DNA of 64,000 bases, from contig JAKAPS010000005.1 in NCBI GenBank assembly GCA_021806925.1, forward strand, positions 80 to 64,079, written 5' to 3'. This document shows positions 1-8,444 of the stretch, in pieces. How positions within the stretch are numbered: position 1 is the first letter of the stretch; every line of letters starts with the position of its first letter. The notes beneath the pieces are model-generated. The model saw nothing but the letters and a program-made list of their open reading frames with translations. It searched no databases and was not told the DNA's origin. The DNA is from a bacterium (lineage in GTDB: Bacteria > Patescibacteriota > Dojkabacteria > JAKAPS01). A program made the translations under genes and the position numbers.

Positions 1-70
1 GGTAAGATTTGTTTAACTTGAGATAAATAAAAAAAAGGTGATATAATCACTAAAGATTTTTTAGTACAAA

Positions 71-529
71 ATGAGTAAACAAAAAAAGGTTAAAAAGACT
101 GCTGTTGATAAGGATAAATTAATAGAATTAGATTCATTTGATGATGCTGATGAGGAACCAAGTGAACCAATTCCAGATGATGTTAAAGAGATAGAGCAGA
201 ATGAGGAAGATATTGTATCAGATGAACAACAACATTCATTAATAGAGGAAACTGGTGAAGATGGTGAATATGATGAAGATGATGATGACGATGATACAAT
301 TCAATCTGGGAGTAAGGTTATTATATGCCCATATTGTTCTGAAGAGATTATACTTATAGAGAATAAGTGCCCTATATGTGGAAATGAAATAGATAAGAAT
401 TCATTAATGGATCCTGATTACACTCAAGAGAATTTCTATAATGATCCATACTATATGAATCCTTACGATGATGATAATACTCCTGAATCGCCAGATAGTT
501 ATCATGATGAAGATGATAGCTTGATTTAA
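71..529 (+). CDS. Highly acidic hypothetical protein with a CxxC...CxxC zinc ribbon
   Basis: 152-aa ORF with D/E-rich tracts and CPYC-x10-CPIC; TATAAT just upstream. Confidence 0.7.
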   Translation: MSKQKKVKKTAVDKDKLIELDSFDDADEEPSEPIPDDVKEIEQNEEDIVSDEQQHSLIEETGEDGEYDEDDDDDDTIQSGSKVIICPYCSEEIILIENKCPICGNEIDKNSLMDPDYTQENFYNDPYYMNPYDDDNTPESPDSYHDEDDSLI

Positions 530-566
530 TACTTAAAATATAGTAAATATATAAATATATACACAT

Positions 567-1385
567 ATGAAATACAATATACTAGACAAAGAAGAAACAG
601 ATACAGATATAATAGTCTCAATTTCTCCAGATGAAGCTGAATACGCAAAATTAAAGGATAAAGTTACATTAGAATATAAACAAAAGGCAACCATAACTGG
701 ATTTAGAAAAGGCAAAGCACCTATTCAAATGGTTCTTGATAAATATGAGAAAGATATATTTCTTGATTCATATGAAGTTAATATGCGTAAAGCTCTAGAA
801 TTTTTAGAGGAAAACGGCATAACATCAAAATTTCTTCCTGATTTGCTTGAATATAAGGAAGATAAGATAAAATTAAGGTTTTACAAGGATATCGAAGTTA
901 TTTTACCAGAAAGCTGCATAAAGATTGACAGAGAATTAAATAAATCAGCAATTGAGAAAATTGAAGCACTAACTTTTAAACTTACTGACGATGATGTAGT
1001 AAAATTGATTGATAATATATTATCTCAAATTACATACAGGGTATCAGAATTGTTAATTGACAGATATACTGAAGAAGAATTCTCCGAATCAACACAAAAG
1101 ATTGAAAAATTAGGATTAGTTCTAGCTGACTATATATCATCAATTGGTCTAACAGAAGAACAATATAAGGCAAATATTAGAAAGAAAGTTGTACGTGATA
1201 TTATATTTTCATTTTTCATAAAAGAATATAACAAGAAAAAAAACTTAACAATTAATGATAATATATATAGTGAATTTAAAAAGCACAATTCAATTAAGGT
1301 TCCAATAAAGGAACTTAAAGATAATGTAAATGTCAATTATTATCTTGAAATGTATTTGACATTGAGTGATATAATTAATAAGTAA
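567..1385 (+). CDS. tig: Trigger factor (short form, FKBP domain apparently missing)
   Basis: Ribosome-binding motif GFRKGKAP; lies directly upstream of clpP; only 272 aa. Confidence 0.85.
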   Translation: MKYNILDKEETDTDIIVSISPDEAEYAKLKDKVTLEYKQKATITGFRKGKAPIQMVLDKYEKDIFLDSYEVNMRKALEFLEENGITSKFLPDLLEYKEDKIKLRFYKDIEVILPESCIKIDRELNKSAIEKIEALTFKLTDDDVVKLIDNILSQITYRVSELLIDRYTEEEFSESTQKIEKLGLVLADYISSIGLTEEQYKANIRKKVVRDIIFSFFIKEYNKKKNLTINDNIYSEFKKHNSIKVPIKELKDNVNVNYYLEMYLTLSDIINK

Positions 1386-1390
1386 AGTTT

Positions 1391-2014
1391 ATGCCAATAC
1401 CATACGTTATAGAGAAGACACCAAAGGGAGAAGATAGAGTATATGATCTGTTTTCAAGACTTCTGATGGAAAGATATGTTTTCATATCAGGAGTTGTAAA
1501 TAGTAAAATGGCTGATGTAATTGTTGCTGAACTTCTTTTCCTTCAAAAAGAAGACCCTAGTAAACCTATTACCATATATATTGACTCACCAGGTGGAGAT
1601 ATTTCTGCAGGGTTCGCTATAATAGATGCACTAAACCATATATCATGCCCAATAATAACTGTAGCGTCAGGGCTATGCGCATCAATGGGAGCATTAATAC
1701 TAATGTGTGGAGATAAGGGTAAAAGATATTCACAACCTAATGCAAGCATACTTATACATCAGCCTTTAATGAGTGGTGTACAAGGACAGGCAAGTGATAT
1801 TGAAATAGTTGCAAATGAGATACTAAGGAATAAAGAAAGTATAGAAAAGCTAATCTCAGAAAAAACAGGGCAATCTAAAGAGGAAGTAAAGAAAGCTACC
1901 GATAGAGATAATTGGATGACGCCAAATGAGGCACTTAGTTTTGGTATTATTGATTCAATATTGCCTACTGGAAAAAAAGCAGATGGCAATATTAACAGCA
2001 AACTAAACAAATAA
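1391..2014 (+). CDS. clpP: ATP-dependent Clp protease proteolytic subunit
   Basis: YDLFSRLL, YIDSPGG, ASMGA (catalytic Ser), IHQP, DRDNWM motifs. Confidence 0.97.
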   Translation: MPIPYVIEKTPKGEDRVYDLFSRLLMERYVFISGVVNSKMADVIVAELLFLQKEDPSKPITIYIDSPGGDISAGFAIIDALNHISCPIITVASGLCASMGALILMCGDKGKRYSQPNASILIHQPLMSGVQGQASDIEIVANEILRNKESIEKLISEKTGQSKEEVKKATDRDNWMTPNEALSFGIIDSILPTGKKADGNINSKLNK

Positions 2015-2043
2015 ATAATGTTTAGTTTCATTTAGCTTATTTT

Positions 2044-2118
2044 GGGTTTATAGCTCAGTTTGGTTAGAGCGTTACATTGACATTGTAAAGGTCGCAGGTT
2101 CGAGCCCTGCTAAACCCA
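2044..2118 (+). tRNA. tRNA-Val(GAC), CCA end not encoded
   Basis: Cloverleaf: acceptor GGGTTTA/TAAACCC, D arm GCTC/GAGC, anticodon arm TTACA-TT-GAC-AT-TGTAA, T arm GCAGG-TTCGAGC-CCTGC, discriminator A2118. Confidence 0.96.
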
Positions 2119-2194
2119 ATTCTTAAATCCCTTTATATACAGCACTTTTCTTTGAGATGGGAACCATACTTGATACTCACACTTTTGTGAGAGA
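2115..2194 (+). repeat. Cassette left-end half site fused to the tRNA 3' end (inverted arm TGGGAACCAT...TCACACTTTT)
   Basis: CCCAATTCTTAAATCCCTTTATATACAGCACTTTTCTTTGAGAT aligns with 3840-3890; 2158-2186 is the reverse complement of the right-end motif (23/29 vs 3815-3843). Confidence 0.85.
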
Positions 2195-2370
2195 GGAAAA
2201 GATTGGAATATCTGGTCAAGAGGCACAGAATTTTACAAATCTAAGGGGTTTTGGTATAAATTAAATAAAATCAAGACGGAAAGTAGCGGTTTAGGATTTA
2301 TGCTTAAACAGAGCCTTTTCTTTTTGTTTCCCTTTATTCCCGATAATCTCTAATAAATAATTATAAATCT

Positions 2371-3414
2371 ATGAAGAGCTTAATGTATCCAAATAAACTA
2401 TATCCAAATGATAAAGTTGCAATTCTTTCACCTTCTGCTGGATTGCCGCAGATTTTCCCAGAAGTTTTTGATTTAGGGTTAAAAAGACTTAAAGAGATAT
2501 TTAATCTTGTGCCAGTAGAGTATCCTACAACTAGAGTATTTGGTGCTTCACTTGAGGATAAAGCAAGAGATTTACATAACGCTTTAGAGGACAATGAAAT
2601 AAAGGGAATCATTTGCTCTATTGGAGGAGATGACCAAATAAAACTATTAAAACATCTTAATCCAGAAATAGTTAAAAATAACCCTAAAATGTTCATGGGG
2701 TTTAGTGATGCAACTCATTTTCAATTATATAGATGGAACTTAGACATCGTCTCATACTATGGTGGAGCAATTATGACGCAATTTGGGATGAATGGCGCGA
2801 TGTTTGACTACACGATTGAATCTATTAAGAAAGCTCTATTTGAAGGAGGAGAGTATGAAGTACAGAATGCTCCAGAATTTGCAGATGAAGGGTTAGATTG
2901 GAGAAACCCAGAGCTTCTTAATCAGTACAGAAAACTCTACCCAAATGATGCATGGACATGGGTTAATGAAAATCAGACAATTGATGGTATAACATGGGGT
3001 GGATGCTTAGAAAGTATAGATTTCCAATTAAGAGCTGGAAGGTATATACCAAATGAAGAGGATTTAAAGGATACCATTCTTTTCTTTGAAGCATCAGAAG
3101 AAATACCTGCTGATGATTATGTATACAGAGTATTAGTTGGAATGGGTGAAAGAGGACTCCTAAAACAATTTAAGGCAGTTCTTGTAGGAAGACCTAAAGC
3201 TTGGGAATTTGATAAACCAAACTCACCTGAAGAAAAGATTGAGTATAAGAAAAAACAGCAAGAGGCTATTATGAAAGTAATGCAAGAATATAATCCAAAT
3301 GCCTTAATTGTATTTAATTTGGATTTTGGACATACTGACCCACAATTTATTATGCCAAACGGAGGTAGAGTAAAAGTGGATGGCATAAACAAAAAGATTA
3401 CTTTGTTTTACTAG
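2371..3414 (+). CDS. LD-carboxypeptidase / peptidase S66 (MccF-like), cassette 1
   Basis: ILSPSAG, IGGDD, GFSDAT (catalytic Ser), GGCLE, FFEASE, DFGHTDP motifs. Confidence 0.93.
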   Translation: MKSLMYPNKLYPNDKVAILSPSAGLPQIFPEVFDLGLKRLKEIFNLVPVEYPTTRVFGASLEDKARDLHNALEDNEIKGIICSIGGDDQIKLLKHLNPEIVKNNPKMFMGFSDATHFQLYRWNLDIVSYYGGAIMTQFGMNGAMFDYTIESIKKALFEGGEYEVQNAPEFADEGLDWRNPELLNQYRKLYPNDAWTWVNENQTIDGITWGGCLESIDFQLRAGRYIPNEEDLKDTILFFEASEEIPADDYVYRVLVGMGERGLLKQFKAVLVGRPKAWEFDKPNSPEEKIEYKKKQQEAIMKVMQEYNPNALIVFNLDFGHTDPQFIMPNGGRVKVDGINKKITLFY

Positions 3415-3418
3415 TAAA

Positions 3419-3751
3419 ATGAATATAGAAACACTCAGCAAGGAAATTGAAGCTATTAAAGATAGAAATAAGAAAGTAGAAGCAAATAAGGCATGGGAAA
3501 CAAGCTGGACAAGAAAGGCCTCACTGGTTTTGGTAACTTATATTGTTGTTACGCTTTGCCTTTATGTAATTCATAATTCTCAACCTTTTATAAATGCAAT
3601 TATCCCTTCAGTAGGATTCTTCTTATCAACCCAGTCATTACCCTTTATAAGGGTTTATTGGGAAAAGCACATATACATGAGTCAGGAGAAAACTGACAAA
3701 GATAAATTGAAGAAAGCAAAAAACAAGCAAAAGGCTTATTTACAGGGATAA
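3419..3751 (+). CDS. Small membrane protein (2 TM), cassette 1
   Basis: 110-aa ORF, RNKKVEANKAWETSWTR followed by two hydrophobic segments. Confidence 0.75.
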   Translation: MNIETLSKEIEAIKDRNKKVEANKAWETSWTRKASLVLVTYIVVTLCLYVIHNSQPFINAIIPSVGFFLSTQSLPFIRVYWEKHIYMSQEKTDKDKLKKAKNKQKAYLQG

Positions 3752-3812
3752 GTTAGAGTTTTTGAAAGAAATAGAAGAAGGCTCAATGTTCCAATTTTTA
3801 GGTTCTTGTTTT

Positions 3813-3910
3813 AAAAAGGTGTGAACATCATACATGGTTCCCAGTTACTAAAATTTTCGTTATATCTACAACACCTTTTCTTCAAGCTAGAGCATGGACT
3901 CACACTTTTT
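3813..3910 (+). repeat. Cassette junction J1
   Basis: AAAAAGGTGTGAACATCATACATGGTTCCCAGTT...TTTTCTTCAAGCTAGAGCATGGACTCACACTTTTT. Confidence 0.9.
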
Positions 3911-3950
3911 CCCAAATATGATATAATTTTCGGTATATTACTAATAAAGT

Positions 3951-4379
3951 ATGTTGCAGACTTCTCCTTTCCTTTTGTTTGACGGAAATTGTGCCGAGGC
4001 AATGACATTTTATCATAGATGTTTTGGAGGAGAGTTAACCCTTACCAAGCTAGTTGATACTGAAATGAAAAGTATGTTTCCTCCAGAAAAACATAATAGT
4101 ATCATCAACGCACATTTAAAAAGTGATAAAGTTGAACTATCTGCTACAGATTGGATGGCTTCTCCTGCTTACGAGCCTACATGGGGAGATATTGTTGCAG
4201 TATTTATTCTTGGTGATTCTTATGATGAGTTAAAGGAAGTCTTTGACAAACTTTCACAGGGAGCAAGAAGTGATAGATTTCAAGAGTTACACAGCATGCC
4301 ATTTGGTGTATACGGGCAGTTTTTTGATAAATTTGGAATACATTGGATTTTTAAAGGGGATAAAAACCCAAATCTTTGA
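3951..4379 (+). CDS. VOC/glyoxalase family protein (PhnB-like), cassette 2
   Basis: PFLLFDGNCAEAMTFY N-terminus and PFGVYGQFFDKFGIHW C-terminus. Confidence 0.9.
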   Translation: MLQTSPFLLFDGNCAEAMTFYHRCFGGELTLTKLVDTEMKSMFPPEKHNSIINAHLKSDKVELSATDWMASPAYEPTWGDIVAVFILGDSYDELKEVFDKLSQGARSDRFQELHSMPFGVYGQFFDKFGIHWIFKGDKNPNL

Positions 4380-4406
4380 TATTACTATCTTATTTATTTA
4401 AACGTA

Positions 4407-4649
4407 ATGTCATATAAAACTTATATTGATAACATTCAAGCAAAAACTGGAAAAGACCCTGAGTATTATCTATTGGAAGCTAAAAAAATGGGCTTAACAA
4501 CCCATAAAGAACTGCTTAATTGGTTAAAGGAAGATTGTGGTCTAGGTCACGGACATGCAAATGCCATAATTCTCTATATTCAAAATCCAGAGCTTGGAAA
4601 AAAGAAAATAGCTGAGGATGCGGCAAATGAGGTAAGGAAGAAATCATAA
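4407..4649 (+). CDS. DUF4287-like small protein, cassette 2
   Basis: MSYKTYIDNIQAKTGK...WLKEDCGLGHGHANAI signature. Confidence 0.8.
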   Translation: MSYKTYIDNIQAKTGKDPEYYLLEAKKMGLTTHKELLNWLKEDCGLGHGHANAIILYIQNPELGKKKIAEDAANEVRKKS

Positions 4650-4678
4650 TTTGAATGAAAATTTACTAAATTTCTTTC

Positions 4679-4774
4679 AAAAAGGTGTGAACTTCAAACA
4701 TGGTTCCCAGTTCTTCAAATAAACCTCTTAAAATAAACATATTTTCTTCAAGATAGAGCGTGGACTCTCACTTT
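4679..4774 (+). repeat. Cassette junction J2
   Basis: AAAAAGGTGTGAACTTCAAACATGGTTCCCAGTT...TTTTCTTCAAGATAGAGCGTGGACTCTCACTTT. Confidence 0.9.
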
Positions 4775-4801
4775 ATCATCAGTAGTGATATAATTCGTTA
4801 T

Positions 4802-5281
4802 ATGAATATACATCTGAGTCAAGTTAGAATAGAACAGAAAGAAGTACTTGCTTCTCTATTGCAGCTTTATCTCTATGAGTTTTCTCAATTTACTAATGAA
4901 GAATATAATGAAAAAGGTGTCTATACTTATAAGTACTTTGAACAATACTGGCTTGAGAATAATAGAAAGCCCTTCTTTATAATATCTGATAATAAAATTG
5001 TAGGTTTTGTACTAATTAACTTGGATGACCCTGAGTCAAGTGAACGTGGTATTCACACGATTTCAGAGTTTTTTGTGGCAAAAATTTACAGAAAGCAACA
5101 AATAGGAACAAAAGCAGCTGAGTTAGCATTTAATATGTATAGAGGCAGATGGATTATACGAGAGCTTATCAATAATCTTGGAGCACAAGAATTTTGGCAT
5201 AAAGTGCTAGAGTCGTATACTTCAAATTCCTATAAAGAAAAAGAAGACTCAGGGCATATCATTCAAGAATTTACAAATTAG
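4802..5281 (+). CDS. GNAT family N-acetyltransferase, cassette 3
   Basis: LLQLYLYEFS, ISEFFVAKIYRKQQIG acetyl-CoA motif, NLGAQEFW; start moved to ATG 4802 because the track's GTG 4760 lies inside J2, upstream of the -10 box. Confidence 0.9.
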   Translation: MNIHLSQVRIEQKEVLASLLQLYLYEFSQFTNEEYNEKGVYTYKYFEQYWLENNRKPFFIISDNKIVGFVLINLDDPESSERGIHTISEFFVAKIYRKQQIGTKAAELAFNMYRGRWIIRELINNLGAQEFWHKVLESYTSNSYKEKEDSGHIIQEFTN

Positions 5282-5308
5282 GAATGAAACCGAGTTGTTG
5301 TTTCTCTC

Positions 5309-5376
5309 AAAAAAGTGTGAACTTCAAACATGGTTCTAGATCTTATAAACTTTACTTCTAGGAACAAGGATTCACT
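5309..5376 (+). repeat. Cassette junction J3 (short variant)
   Basis: AAAAAAGTGTGAACTTCAAACATGGTTCTAGA...TCTAGGAACAAGGATTCACT. Confidence 0.85.
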
Positions 5377-5446
5377 ATGAATTTTGCTTTTCAGTTGGCT
5401 AGAATTTATAATAGCTATGTAAGTGCAGGCAATGAAAAAACATGAA

Positions 5447-7028
5447 GTAATGATTCAGGGTTAAGCAGAGGAAGAGGTTAAGGATGAGGTTTTTGTTTAG
5501 GAATGGGTATACGAGAAGCAGCAGTAAGGGTAGTAGCCAAATCGCTGATGAAGGAAGATTTTTTTGCATAGGTTTGGATAATGGATGCAGTAATGCAGCG
5601 ATTTTGAAATCCAGGAAACGAAGCAGATCCAAAGGATATTTTTCGAGCAATGACAATACTTCGCAGTTCTCGCTCAGCCAGATTATTGGTGCCATCAGTA
5701 TAGCTAAATGCTCTGGCTAAGCCTTCAGCTTGGGTAATGAGTCGCTGTTGTAAGTGGTTTGATGCAGTAGTTGCAGCAATAGCATGGATCTGTTGGACTG
5801 ATGCTTGTTGGCAATGGAATAGGTGTGCAAGGCTATGGGCAGCATTCTCATCTTCTAGATAGGCAGAGCGAAGTATATGGCTCCAACAATACAATTGTTT
5901 ATCTTTACCAATGGTATTGGTATAGGCACCATACCCATCATGCATATTGTAGGAAGAAGAATTTCCATACAAGTGTTCAATCTCACCTTTGCCTCGTGAT
6001 ACTCCCGCATGATAGATAGTGGCGGTATTGGAAGCGAATACCCATACCCATACTCTTTGTCCTTTGACGAACCAGCTTGTCTCATCGGAGTAGGTCAGCT
6101 CATCATTTCTGATTGCTTCAAGGAGTGTATCGTATTTCTCTTGTAAATATCCTGCGGCTTGTGCTTCTAATGAACAGATAACTGATGCTACTAGAGCAAG
6201 TCCTTGATAGTGGATATTCATGCATGTAGCAGTAGCATCAATAGAAAGATGGAGTTTGTTTCGAAGGATAAGTACTTGTAAAAAGACATTCAGGCCATAT
6301 TCACTAAAAGGCATACTTTGTTCATCTTTGGCAATGAGCTGTTTGTGGCAATGTGGACAATATTGCCGTTGAGATACAACACACAACTTTTGTGCAGGAG
6401 TTTGCATTGGAATCGTGATTAACAATCGTTGCCTGGTACTAGTTGTTTGAGCAACCTCATTCCCACAATTTGGACAATTCACTAACGGAGCAACTAGTTT
6501 TTGTGGTAATGAGGATAGATCAACTGTTCGATTGATATTTGCATGATGCAACTGTCCTCCTCGTGTTTTAGCTGAGCTTTCCTTTTGCTGATGATTCCCA
6601 TGACCAAACAGATACTCTTGATACACACCATTTTTATGCTCTGCTTTTTTGAGTTCTTGGGCTAGTGCATCTCGTTGCTTGGTCAGATTTGTAATTTGTT
6701 CAGCTTTGAGGTTACTATCTGCCTCAAGTAATGCTAGATGCATTGCTTGCTGCTGGAATTTTTTTTGTAGTTTAGTAAGTCTCATCTTGAGCAGTGCATT
6801 TTCAGCTCGCAGTGGAGCTACTTCTGCTCGAAGTTTCTTAAGTATGCTTATGTAATAGGCAGCTTCTTTATCAGTAGGAAAAATGGTGTGTTTGCTTTGT
6901 TGGCGCCAATTGGTATACATTAGTCTTGTTTAAGAGATTTTGAGGAAGGCATTTGCCTTCCTCATTTATTCTTTCACAGCATCCTCATTCCTTGCAAGCA
7001 CAGCCTCTGGCTAACCCTGAATCATTAC
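5447..7028 (-). mobile_element. IS66-family insertion sequence (single-ORF, ISBst12-like organisation)
   Basis: 25-bp terminal inverted repeats GTAATGATTCAGGGTTAAGCAGAGG / CCTCTGGCTAACCCTGAATCATTAC (IS66-type GTAA end); visibly more GC-rich than host; no 8-bp target duplication. Confidence 0.92.
5478..6920 (-). CDS. IS66 family transposase (TnpC-like)
   Basis: Coiled coil, CPNC/CPHC zinc finger, SDETSW, HDGYGAY, CWSHILR, TNNLAERELR motifs. Confidence 0.93.
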   Translation of the reverse strand: MYTNWRQQSKHTIFPTDKEAAYYISILKKLRAEVAPLRAENALLKMRLTKLQKKFQQQAMHLALLEADSNLKAEQITNLTKQRDALAQELKKAEHKNGVYQEYLFGHGNHQQKESSAKTRGGQLHHANINRTVDLSSLPQKLVAPLVNCPNCGNEVAQTTSTRQRLLITIPMQTPAQKLCVVSQRQYCPHCHKQLIAKDEQSMPFSEYGLNVFLQVLILRNKLHLSIDATATCMNIHYQGLALVASVICSLEAQAAGYLQEKYDTLLEAIRNDELTYSDETSWFVKGQRVWVWVFASNTATIYHAGVSRGKGEIEHLYGNSSSYNMHDGYGAYTNTIGKDKQLYCWSHILRSAYLEDENAAHSLAHLFHCQQASVQQIHAIAATTASNHLQQRLITQAEGLARAFSYTDGTNNLAERELRSIVIARKISFGSASFPGFQNRCITASIIQTYAKKSSFISDLATTLTAASRIPIPKQKPHP

Positions 7029-7077
7029 TTTTCCTACAAATGATTCTCCTAAAATTTTATGGTATAATATCTATGTT

Positions 7078-7326
7078 ATGAAAGAATCAAAAGTATTAAA
7101 TTTAATAATTTGGCAAGAAGGAAAATTGTATGTGGCTCAGTCACTAGAGTTTGGTATCGCTAGCCAAGGAACTACTTATGATAAGGCTGTTAAGAATATA
7201 AAAGAAGCAATAAAACTATATTTGGAAGAAGATAAAGAAGCGAGGGATGAAGTACAGTATTTTCCTGAAATTAAAGACCTTCACTTTGAACAGGTAAATA
7301 CTCAGTCACTTCAGATTCATGTCTAA
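7078..7326 (+). CDS. hicB: HicB family antitoxin
   Basis: IASQGTTYDKAVKNIKEAIKLYLE RNase H-fold HicB signature; overlaps hicA. Confidence 0.88.
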   Translation: MKESKVLNLIIWQEGKLYVAQSLEFGIASQGTTYDKAVKNIKEAIKLYLEEDKEARDEVQYFPEIKDLHFEQVNTQSLQIHV

Positions 7327-7540
7327 TCTATTCTCAGGCAAAGAAGTTGTTAATAGTCTTCTAAAAATTGGCTTTATAGTGGTATCTCAAAAAGGGAGTC
7401 ATGTAAAACTAAAGGGTATATATCATAACCAATCACGAATTGTTATTGTGCCTATGCACAAAGAAATTGCTAAAGGAACCTTTAGGTCAATTCTTCTGCA
7501 ATCTGGTTTGACTTTAGAAGAGTTTAAATCAATTAAATAG
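7319..7540 (+). CDS. hicA: HicA family mRNA interferase toxin
   Basis: GF-x4-QKGSHVKL...IVPMHKEIAKGTFRSIL signature. Confidence 0.92.
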   Translation: MSNLFSGKEVVNSLLKIGFIVVSQKGSHVKLKGIYHNQSRIVIVPMHKEIAKGTFRSILLQSGLTLEEFKSIK

Positions 7541-7566
7541 CATCTTACCAAGTTACCCCTCCTTTC

Positions 7567-7651
7567 AAAAAAGTGTGACTTCACACATGGTTTAAATATG
7601 TTGGCAATATCCTTACCACTTCAATACTAAACCATCATTTTGATTGCCACC
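7567..7651 (+). repeat. Cassette junction J4 (variant)
   Basis: AAAAAAGTGTGACTTCACACATGGTTTAAAT...CAATACTAAACCAT. Confidence 0.82.
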
Positions 7652-7696
7652 TAATATATAGAGTATAATTCTCATGGAACGATATGTTGAGTAGAT

Positions 7697-8190
7697 ATGA
7701 ATAATTATGCCTTTATAGATAGTCAAAACCTTAATTTAGCAATAAGAGACCAAGGATGGAAGCTTGACTTTGCTAGATTTAAAGAGTATTTGCGAGCAAA
7801 ATATGGAGTAACAAAATGCTTTCTCTTTATTGGGTATGTTCCGGATAATCAAAGAATGTATACTGCTTTACAAAAACTGGGTTATGTAATTATCTTTAAG
7901 CCGACACTTATGCAGTAAGGAGTTATCAAAGGGAATTGTGATGCCGAGTTAGTGCTTCATGCAATTATAGAATACTCAAACTATAAACAAGCTGTTATTG
8001 TCTCAGGTGATGGAGATTTCTTTTGTTTAATTGATTATCTAAAAAGCCAAGGAAATTGGCAGCATTATTAAATCCAAACCAAAGATTTTATAGTTCATTA
8101 TTAAGAAAAATAGGGAATGAGCATCTAAAGTTTATGAACAACCTTAAAAAGAAGCTTGAATACAAACTAAAAGAAAAGGCACTTAATTAA
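7697..8190 (+). pseudogene. NYN-domain (LabA/DUF88-like) protein pseudogene
   Basis: FIDSQNL start; in-frame TAA at 7916-7918; continues KGNCDAELVL...VSGDGDF; single-base frameshift near 8053; second frame ends at TAA 8190. Confidence 0.88.
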
Positions 8191-8307
8191 GCATTTATAA
8201 CTTAAAAAGCTCCTTTTCATCTTAATTCAGTTTGAATTATACCAAATCGCCTATATTTTGTAAAATTCTGCTAATTTTCAGGATATTTACCTGCTTGTTC
8301 TTTTTTT

Positions 8308-8403
8308 AAGAAAGTGTGAACTTCACACATGGTTCCCAGTTTATAAGATTACCTCTTTAAATCAATATTTTCTTCAAGGTAGAACAAAGATTCTCATTTT
8401 TTT
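8308..8403 (+). repeat. Cassette junction J5
   Basis: AAGAAAGTGTGAACTTCACACATGGTTCCCAGTT...TTTTCTTCAAGGTAGAACAAAGATTCTCATTTT. Confidence 0.9.
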
Positions 8404-8444
8404 CTATGAAATGCTATACTGATATGAAGTTCAAATAATGTAAT

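Noticed and set aside
2270-2335. Possible structured leader or attenuator before the S66 gene (GTTTAGG...CTTAAAC then a T-rich tract)
   Set aside because: Weak stem and no recognisable riboswitch consensus
4760-4801. ORF-track N-terminal extension of the GNAT gene
   Set aside because: The GTG lies inside junction J2, upstream of the -10 box; ATG 4802 fits better
7916-7918. Stop-codon reassignment or readthrough in the NYN gene
   Set aside because: TAA, TAG and TGA all terminate conserved genes here, and the gene has a second lesion
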